Source: Chloroflexota bacterium (GTDB lineage: Bacteria; Chloroflexota; Dormibacteria; CF-121). Taken from it: 64,000 nucleotides of DNA. This document shows positions 58,296 through 64,000 of the stretch, piece by piece. A model generated the notes under the pieces. That model searched no databases and had not been told where the DNA came from. It saw only the letters and a list, made by a program, of their open reading frames with translations. How positions within the stretch are numbered: position 1 is the stretch's first letter; each line of letters opens with the position of its first letter. Where the stretch lies: contig VBDY01000123.1 of the NCBI GenBank assembly GCA_005882775.1, positions 732 to 64,731 on the forward strand, given 5' to 3'. The position numbers and the translations under genes were made by a program.

Positions 58296-59030
58296 CTACT
58301 TCAGCCGCTCCACTTGCAAGAGGTCCAGCTCGACCGGGGTCTCCCGTCCGAACATGTTGACCAGCACCTTGAGCTTGCCCTTGTCGGCATTGATCTCGTC
58401 GACCTTGCCATGGAAGTCTGAGAACGGCCCGTCGATCACGCGGACGTTCTCGCCCACCTGGTACTCGACCCGAACCTTGGGGGCTTCCGCCTTGATCTGC
58501 TTCTGGATGAACTTGATTTCCTTGTCCTGGAGGGGGACCGGTTTGGTCCCCGAGCCGACGAAGCTGGTCACCCCGGGGGTGTTGCGCACCACGTACCAGG
58601 ACTCGTCCGACATGATCATGTTGACCAGGATGTACCCAGGGTAGGTCCGCTTGGCGACGTGCCGGCGCTGCCCATCCTTGATCTCGATCACGTCCTCGGT
58701 GGGAACCAGCACATCGAAGATCTGATCGTGCATGTCCATCGACTCGACCCGTTTCATCAGGTTGTTGCGTACCTTCTCTTCGTGACCGGAATAGGCGTGC
58801 ACCACGTACCAGTGGGCTTCGCCCTCGGGAGCCGCCGGCCGGGCCCCCGGCACGACCGCCTGAGCCGATGGTGTCTCGGCCGGTGCGGGGCCATGGCCTT
58901 CGCCCACGGAAACCCGCTCACCCGTCCATATGCGTCCGGTTTCAGCGGCCTCTTTCGGGGGCGCCCGCCGGCTCCGCGGCTTGGCCGCGGTCTCGTTCAC
59001 GTTTGGTTTGTCTTGCGGGGAGTTGTCCAT
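58296..59030 (-). CDS. nusG: Transcription termination/antitermination factor NusG with a low-complexity N-terminal extension of about 70 aa
   Basis: The NGN core HWYVVHAYSGHEEKV starts near aa 73, followed by a KOW domain. Before it is MDNSPQDKPNVNETAAKPRSRRAPPKEAAE... Confidence 0.9.
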   Translation of the reverse strand: MDNSPQDKPNVNETAAKPRSRRAPPKEAAETGRIWTGERVSVGEGHGPAPAETPSAQAVVPGARPAAPEGEAHWYVVHAYSGHEEKVRNNLMKRVESMDMHDQIFDVLVPTEDVIEIKDGQRRHVAKRTYPGYILVNMIMSDESWYVVRNTPGVTSFVGSGTKPVPLQDKEIKFIQKQIKAEAPKVRVEYQVGENVRVIDGPFSDFHGKVDEINADKGKLKVLVNMFGRETPVELDLLQVERLK

Positions 59031-59037
59031 GCTTACC

Positions 59038-59304
59038 TCAGCGGGTGGGAAATTCGAACTTAACGAGAGAGTTGCTCAAGACGAAGTCGATGATGCCGAG
59101 CACGATCGAGACCACGATAACGGTGACGATTACGACGAAGGTCATGGTCCGAAGCTCGCCCCAGCTCGGCCAGATGACCTTGCGGAGCTCGTTGAAGATG
59201 TCATCGAAGCTGCGCAACAGCCCGCGCCGCGGGGCTGCCGTACGAGGGACTGGTGTTCGCTGCAACTTGCTCGACCTCGGGTCTGTCGGGAGGGTCTTTG
59301 CCAC
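59038..59304 (-). CDS. secE: Protein translocase subunit SecE
   Basis: 88 aa with a single C-terminal TM helix and a SecE-like sequence. Confidence 0.85.
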   Translation of the reverse strand: MAKTLPTDPRSSKLQRTPVPRTAAPRRGLLRSFDDIFNELRKVIWPSWGELRTMTFVVIVTVIVVSIVLGIIDFVLSNSLVKFEFPTR

Positions 59305-59343
59305 GGTACTTATACCCCTAAACCCACGCGCGCCGTACGAGGC

Positions 59344-59419
59344 TGGCAGGGGTGGAGCGATTCGAACGCCCGACCGGCGGTTTTGGAGACCGCTGCTCTA
59401 CCAGCTGAGCTACACCCCT
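59344..59419 (-). tRNA. tRNA-Trp (anticodon CCA), CCA 3' end encoded
   Basis: Manual fold: acceptor AGGGGTG/CACCCCT, anticodon stem GCGGT/ACCGC with loop CUCCAAA, T-arm GGGCGTTCGAATCGCTC. It has the classic position upstream of secE. Confidence 0.9.
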
Positions 59420-59457
59420 GTGTCCGGCCGCACAAGTATAAGTAGCGCGCCAGCACG

Positions 59458-59616
59458 TTACTTGGTCTCCCGGTGCGCGGTGTGCTTGCGACAGTTAGGA
59501 CAGAACTTGCTGAGCTCCAGCCGGTCAGGGTCATTCTTCTTGTTCTTGACGGTGGTGTAATTGCGGTGCTTACAAACCTGGCACTGCAGGGTGATGATGG
59601 ACGCTAGGGCAGGCAT
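59458..59616 (-). CDS. rpmG: 50S ribosomal protein L33 (zinc-binding form)
   Basis: Manual translation gives [52 protein letters not shown]. Not in the track because it is under 60 aa. Confidence 0.85.
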   Translation of the reverse strand: MPALASIITLQCQVCKHRNYTTVKNKKNDPDRLELSKFCPNCRKHTAHRETK

Positions 59617-59625
59617 AACTCTCCA

Positions 59626-59654
59626 AACATAAAAAAGACCTAGCTTCTGCTAGG
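59626..59654 (-). terminator. Hairpin CCUAGC-agaa-GCUAGG followed by UCUUUUUUAUGUUU (minus-strand sense), between the L,D-transpeptidase gene and rpmG
   Basis: The stem and U-tract are seen directly. It could terminate the Ldt gene or be a 5'-UTR structure of rpmG (the GGAGAG SD follows). Confidence 0.35.
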
Positions 59655-59701
59655 CGGTTTCAAATTTTAGCAGACGCCAGCATGCCCGTCAAATACCCGG
59701 G

Positions 59702-61084
59702 TCAGTACTGGACTATGACCGTCGTGCCGATCGGCGCCCAGCCCCAGAGGAAGGTCATCGGGTTGTAGGGGACGTTGACGCAGCCGTGGGTGCCGTTGTA
59801 GAGGTTCGAGCCGGGCCCGTACCAGGACCGCCACGAGGCATCGTGGATGAAATAGCCGCCGCCGAGGAATTCGAGCCCCATTCTGACCAGAGACCTCGGG
59901 TACCAGTAGGGACTGCCGTACGGCCAGGGGGACACCATATAGAAGTTGTACATTCGGGCGAATACGTGATACACGCCGGGTGGCGTCGGTAGCGCCGGGC
60001 GGCCGGTTGCGACGAATGTGGTCAGCACGGCGCTCCCGTCCTGGTAGGCGGTCAGGACCTGCCTCGAGAGCGAGATCACGATCACTTTTCCCACGCCCAG
60101 GTCGACCGGAGCCACGGGCGCCATCTGCTTGAGAAAGATGGCGCTGGCCAGCGCCTGCTTCTCCTGGTAAAGCCGGCCGCTCAAGTTCTGGAAGCTTCTC
60201 TGGTCGCCGACGGTATTCAGCTGCGCCCCCAGGGCATTGATGGTCCCGGGGTGATTACCCACGCTGGCCCCTATGGACTGGGCCATGGCCAGGGTGGATC
60301 GGGCCGATGCCAGCTGCGAGAAGGCGTTGGCGCGCGAGTTCAGAAGGTTCTGGATCCCTACCGACGTCCCCTTCAGACGATCCATGAGCGGCTGGAATCC
60401 GGCCACGGTGTGCACCGATGTCAGGCCATTGGCGACCGAGGTCAGCTGGGCGGCAAACGCGTCCAGGTTGAGCTGGGGGTACTGCCCGGCGCTGGCGAGC
60501 AACGCTCGTGCGCTCAGCAGCGAGGTCGATGCCTGGTCCTGGGCCGACCGGTAGCCGGCGACGCGCCCCTGCATCTCGGTGGCATCCGTAGCCAGGACCT
60601 GGGACAGAGCCACGAAGTCGTTCGGAGTCACAGCCTCACGGCTCAGGCGCACGTATGTGGCTCCGGCGCCGAGGTCGTCCACGCGAACCCCGGCCATCCG
60701 AGCTTCGAGGACGAGCCCATTCCAGGTACGGAGGGCTCGCGTGAACCCGTCCCGGCGGTCGGCCAGATCGCGTTGATAGGCGGAGGTCAGGTCTGCCTGG
60801 AGCTGTCCGAGCTTGTCGAGCTGGGTGTGGCTGACCACCGGAGCCTGCCACCAGGCGGAGGGCCTGGCGGCGGTCACCTGGCTGTAGCGCCACATGAGGT
60901 CGTCCGCGGCGGCCGGATCGAGACCATTCGTGATGGCCCGGGTGAGCGACCGGTCGAACTGGGTCTCAGCCTGCTGCACCGAGCTCTTGAGGATGTCCTG
61001 GCTGGCCACGGCGGCCACCGGGATAGCTGCAGCAAGCAGGGCAACGATCAGGACGAACCCGACCCGCCGCACTCCTTTCACCAC
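59702..61084 (-). CDS. L,D-transpeptidase (YkuD domain) with N-terminal signal/TM anchor and long coiled/low-complexity middle region
   Basis: The C-terminal domain has the catalytic HGCVNV motif. The N-terminus is MVKGVRRVGFVLIVALLAAAIPVAAVAS. Confidence 0.8.
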   Translation of the reverse strand: MVKGVRRVGFVLIVALLAAAIPVAAVASQDILKSSVQQAETQFDRSLTRAITNGLDPAAADDLMWRYSQVTAARPSAWWQAPVVSHTQLDKLGQLQADLTSAYQRDLADRRDGFTRALRTWNGLVLEARMAGVRVDDLGAGATYVRLSREAVTPNDFVALSQVLATDATEMQGRVAGYRSAQDQASTSLLSARALLASAGQYPQLNLDAFAAQLTSVANGLTSVHTVAGFQPLMDRLKGTSVGIQNLLNSRANAFSQLASARSTLAMAQSIGASVGNHPGTINALGAQLNTVGDQRSFQNLSGRLYQEKQALASAIFLKQMAPVAPVDLGVGKVIVISLSRQVLTAYQDGSAVLTTFVATGRPALPTPPGVYHVFARMYNFYMVSPWPYGSPYWYPRSLVRMGLEFLGGGYFIHDASWRSWYGPGSNLYNGTHGCVNVPYNPMTFLWGWAPIGTTVIVQY

Positions 61085-61257
61085 GAACCCCCTCGGAATT
61101 CGCAGCGCCTGCGCCAGCCCCGGCTAGCTCAGGTCGCTCTCGCTACGCCTGGGATAACGTTACAGCCTTTGAAAGGTCACGGGGCCGCACCGGATCGTCA
61201 CGCGCGCGACAGCGCCGTGAAAACCGCGATCCGACCGTTAATCCGGGCGGCCGGCGA

Positions 61258-62127
61258 CTACTTTTCGATCGGCGCCCCGATCAGGCTCCCCCACTCGGTC
61301 CACGACCCGTCGTAGTTGCGGACGTTCGGGTACCCGAGCAGGTAGTGGAGCACGAACCAGGTGTGCGAGGAGCGCTCGCCGATACGGCAGTACGCGATCA
61401 CAGCCTTCTCTGGGGTTACCCCCTTCGTCTGGTAGAGCTCCTTGAGCTCCTCCGCGGATTTGAAGGTCCCGTCCTCTTTGACCGCCTGCCCCCAGGGGAC
61501 ATTCACCGCGCCCGGAATGTGGCCACCGCGCTGAGCACCCTCCTGCGGCAGGTTTTCGGGCGCCAGCAGCTCCCCGCTGAACTCCTTGGGTGAGCGAACG
61601 TCAACCAGCCGGACACCGGCGGAGTCGAACTCGCGCAGGACCTCTTCGCGCAGCGCCCGGATCTTACGCTCGGGGCCGCCGGCTCGGTAGGTTGCCGGCT
61701 TGATCTGCGGCGGGTCGGTGACCAGCTCGCGTCCCTCCTCCTGCCATTTCTTTCGACCGCCGTTGATGAGCCGGACATCCTTGTGCCCGTAGTACTTCAG
61801 GTTCCAGACGAACCAGGCGGCGAACCAGTTGTTGTTGTCGCCGTATACGAGCACGGTCTGGTCGGCGCTGATCCCGCGAGCGGACAGGAGTTTCTCCAGC
61901 TCCTCTTTGGAAAGGAGATCGCGGACCGGCCGCGCCTGGAGGTCCGTACGCCAGTCCAGGCCGATGGCGCCCCTGATATGGCCCGTGTCATAGGCACTGG
62001 TGTCGACGTCGACCTCGACGATCTTCACGTTCGGATCATTGCCATGCTCGACCACCCAGGCTGTGTCCACCAGCACCTCGGGATGGGCATAGCCCGCCCG
62101 GCTGATCTCTGTCGCGCTCTTCGCCAT
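61258..62127 (-). CDS. sseA: Thiosulfate/3-mercaptopyruvate sulfurtransferase (tandem rhodanese domains)
   Basis: Active-site loop CRIGERSS in the C-terminal rhodanese domain. The likely start MAKSATEIS is at 62127, with AGGAGG 8 nt upstream. Confidence 0.8.
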   Translation of the reverse strand: MAKSATEISRAGYAHPEVLVDTAWVVEHGNDPNVKIVEVDVDTSAYDTGHIRGAIGLDWRTDLQARPVRDLLSKEELEKLLSARGISADQTVLVYGDNNNWFAAWFVWNLKYYGHKDVRLINGGRKKWQEEGRELVTDPPQIKPATYRAGGPERKIRALREEVLREFDSAGVRLVDVRSPKEFSGELLAPENLPQEGAQRGGHIPGAVNVPWGQAVKEDGTFKSAEELKELYQTKGVTPEKAVIAYCRIGERSSHTWFVLHYLLGYPNVRNYDGSWTEWGSLIGAPIEK

Positions 62128-62273
62128 GCCTGATACCCTCCTAAAGTTGACTAAGTTAATCGACAAACTCAACAAATGCAGCCTCGAATTGTAGGGACTC
62201 GGGGCCGAGCCGGTCAACCATCAACTCGGAACGGCAACGAATCCGCACAAGAAGGAACGGGCAGGCCCGTTAT

Positions 62274-63413
62274 TTGGCCGTCGACATGAGTCAGGCTTCG
62301 GTGTCCGTCCAGCCCGGCCCGCCGCAACCCGCCCGTCCGCGGCGAACCGCTCTGTTCGTGGTACCGGTGGTCGTCCTCCTGCTCCTGGCCATCCCGGGGG
62401 GTGCGTTCGCCTACGCCGAGAACCAGTTGAGCGCAGGACAGCGCCTCCAGGCCAGCGGGGACTTTGCCGGCGCGCTCAACGCCTATGCGACCGTGGAGTC
62501 GGTCGCTGGCAACCCGGTCTCCCGGGTGCTGCTGGCGGACACGGCTAACAAGGCGGAGGCGGCAGCGGCAGAGACTCACGTGAGCTGGGGCAACCAGCTT
62601 CAGCAGCAGGGTAAGTTTGCCGATGCTGAGCCGCAGTTCGACGCGGCCGTGTCCAGCGGCATCGCCGACTGGCAGACCCGCGGGAACGAGGCCCTGGCCG
62701 CGCTCTACCTGGCCTGGGGAGACTCGCTCCTCGCGCAGAAGAAGTTCGACCTGGCGATCGATAAATACCGCGGCGTGGCCGGCTTCGACACGCCGGGCCG
62801 ACTGCGCCAGGACACTACCGCCCACCTGGCTACCGCATTCGCCGCTTACGCGACCTCATATGTGGCCGACAAGGATTGGCCTAATGCCGTGACCTGGTTC
62901 AAGGACCTGGTCAAGAACTATCCGGAGAGCCCTGAGGCCAAGCTGGCCCTGGCCGGCCAGCTGCCGGACGCGCTCTACAGCGGCGCGCTGGCGTATGTCC
63001 AGCTGTCCCGTTACCAGCAGGCCCGGGATGCCATGACTGATGTCATGACAACTTACCCGCACTCATCGGCCGCCCCCAAGGCAGCCGCCGCGATGGCCGC
63101 GCCGCAACCACTGACCGGCATGCTGGAGACGCCGGATCACCAGGGCGTTCCCAACCGGTTGATCCGCATTTCCACGAGGTGGCGCATCATCCGACCGGGT
63201 ATCTACGCCGACTATGGGACGATCTACCAGACGACCACAGACCGCGGCGGAAACTTCTCGTTGAAGGTGCCGCCGGGAAAGGCTTACCTGGTGACCTGGT
63301 GGGACCCGGCACGCGGAACGTTCGTCACCACCTTCGTCAGCGACACGGTGCCGGTGAACCAGGTGACCATAGATCCCCTCCAGCCGGAGCACGCGACCGT
63401 CACCACCGCCTGA
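62274..63413 (+). CDS. Secreted/membrane-anchored TPR-like repeat protein with C-terminal beta-sandwich (carboxypeptidase-regulatory-like) domain
   Basis: N-terminal TM/signal segment (ALFVVPVVVLLLLAIPGGAFA), an Ala-rich helical-repeat middle, and a C-terminal ...GNFSLKVPPGKAYLVTWWDP... beta-domain. Confidence 0.5.
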   Translation: MAVDMSQASVSVQPGPPQPARPRRTALFVVPVVVLLLLAIPGGAFAYAENQLSAGQRLQASGDFAGALNAYATVESVAGNPVSRVLLADTANKAEAAAAETHVSWGNQLQQQGKFADAEPQFDAAVSSGIADWQTRGNEALAALYLAWGDSLLAQKKFDLAIDKYRGVAGFDTPGRLRQDTTAHLATAFAAYATSYVADKDWPNAVTWFKDLVKNYPESPEAKLALAGQLPDALYSGALAYVQLSRYQQARDAMTDVMTTYPHSSAAPKAAAAMAAPQPLTGMLETPDHQGVPNRLIRISTRWRIIRPGIYADYGTIYQTTTDRGGNFSLKVPPGKAYLVTWWDPARGTFVTTFVSDTVPVNQVTIDPLQPEHATVTTA

Positions 63414-63431
63414 GCCGCGTCCAAGCCACCA

Positions 63432-63437
63432 TATAAT
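63432..63437 (+). promoter_or_regulatory. Perfect -10 hexamer TATAAT 10 nt upstream of tRNA-Thr
   Basis: Seen directly. No convincing -35. Confidence 0.4.
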
Positions 63438-63447
63438 CGGGGCGCAG

Positions 63448-63523
63448 GCCGACGTAGCTCAGCTGGCAGAGCAGCTGTTTTGTAAACAGCGGGTCGCCGG
63501 TTCGAATCCGGCCGTCGGCTCCA
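63448..63523 (+). tRNA. tRNA-Thr (anticodon UGU), CCA encoded
   Basis: Manual fold: acceptor GCCGACG/CGTCGGC, D-arm GCTC...GAGC, anticodon stem GCTGT/ACAGC with loop UUUGUAA, T-arm GCCGGTTCGAATCCGGC. Confidence 0.9.
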
Positions 63524-63748
63524 GATTTTGAATACAACGTGGCGCCGCTTTCAGCAGGGCCGCCGCGCCGTACCACCAAAAGTACCACCAATTTTTCCGG
63601 GATGCCCCTTAGGACGGGTTAATCTGCGGTCCGAAAACCGCGGGCTCCAATTCGATTCCAAGCCCACGAGGTACCCGCCGACTCACCGAGCGACGGGCTT
63701 TTGTTCCACAAACAACGGGTCGCTGAAGACGGCCTTCCGCCCCACCTA

Positions 63749-64000
63749 TCAGGACGGTCGTTTCAGTCGCTGGGCGGCTTCTCGTAATTTCATCGCGGTT
63801 CGTTTGTCAGCGGGTGTGTAGAGGTAGAGGCGGAGCGAAGGCTGCTCGGCAACTTGAAACGCGGTGTACTCCAGGTCGAACCGCCCGAGTTCCGGATGCT
63901 GGAAGCGCTTCACACCCTCCTGGCGACCTCGGACGTCCTGCCGGGCCCATATCGCTGCAAAGTCAGGGCTCTCCTCGAGGAGCTGGTTGATGAGCTCCTG
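63749..64000 (-). CDS. C-terminal part of an MmyB-like transcriptional regulator (runs off window edge)
   Basis: Minus-strand translation gives ...AIWARQDVRGRQEGVKRFQHPELGRFDLEYTAFQVAEQPSLRLYLYTPADKRTAMKLREAAQRLKRPS*, resembling MmyB-family C-terminal domains. Confidence 0.45.
   Translation of the reverse strand, partial: QELINQLLEESPDFAAIWARQDVRGRQEGVKRFQHPELGRFDLEYTAFQVAEQPSLRLYLYTPADKRTAMKLREAAQRLKRPS

Noticed and set aside
63528-63821. 97-aa plus-strand ORF downstream of tRNA-Thr
   Set aside because: No SD or start context, and composition is not protein-like. It overlaps the C-terminus of a minus-strand MmyB-like regulator that gives a far more convincing translation.

Overview
64-kb high-GC (~65%) bacterial chromosomal window with no mobile elements or CRISPR; almost every gene is on the minus strand and the region is core housekeeping. 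Reading from high to low coordinates on the minus strand: an MmyB-like regulator C-terminus runs off the window edge; tRNA-Thr and a TPR-like secreted protein lie on the plus strand; then a rhodanese sulfurtransferase, an L,D-transpeptidase, rpmG, tRNA-Trp, secE-nusG-rplK-rplA-rplJ-rplL, rpoB-rpoC, a terminator, an inserted polytopic membrane protein, and the contiguous str/S10/spc/alpha ribosomal super-operon (rpsL-rpsG-fusA-tuf-rpsJ...secY-adk-map-infA-rpmJ-rpsM-rpsK-rpsD-rpoA-rplQ-truA-rplM-rpsI). These are followed by cdaA-cdaR-glmS, an acpS-nnrD fusion, alr, a TPP riboswitch driving thiE-thiSG-thiL-tsaE-tsaB-rimI-tsaD, a small secreted protein (plus), an orphan groES with a perfect CIRCE operator, a TGA-interrupted peroxiredoxin (plus), a phosphoribosyltransferase, a DUF4388/proline-rich protein, pcrA, ligA, a PAS-GAF-GGDEF-EAL signalling protein and gatC-gatA-gatB (gatB partial). 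The most interesting signal is a candidate selenocysteine-containing peroxiredoxin: an in-frame TGA exactly at the peroxidatic-Cys position, with a SECIS-like hairpin 10 nt downstream. Other anomalies: rpsL is frameshifted with about 24 codons missing (read-through into rpsG); tsaD and thiL have no canonical start codons before conserved N-terminal motifs, so CTG is inferred; thiamine and t6A genes form one riboswitch-controlled operon; several ribosomal proteins carry long Ala/Lys/Pro-rich tails; GTAAC/GTTAC inverted repeats recur in three 5' regions. Many long plus-strand ORFs in the track are GC-driven shadows of the minus-strand genes.
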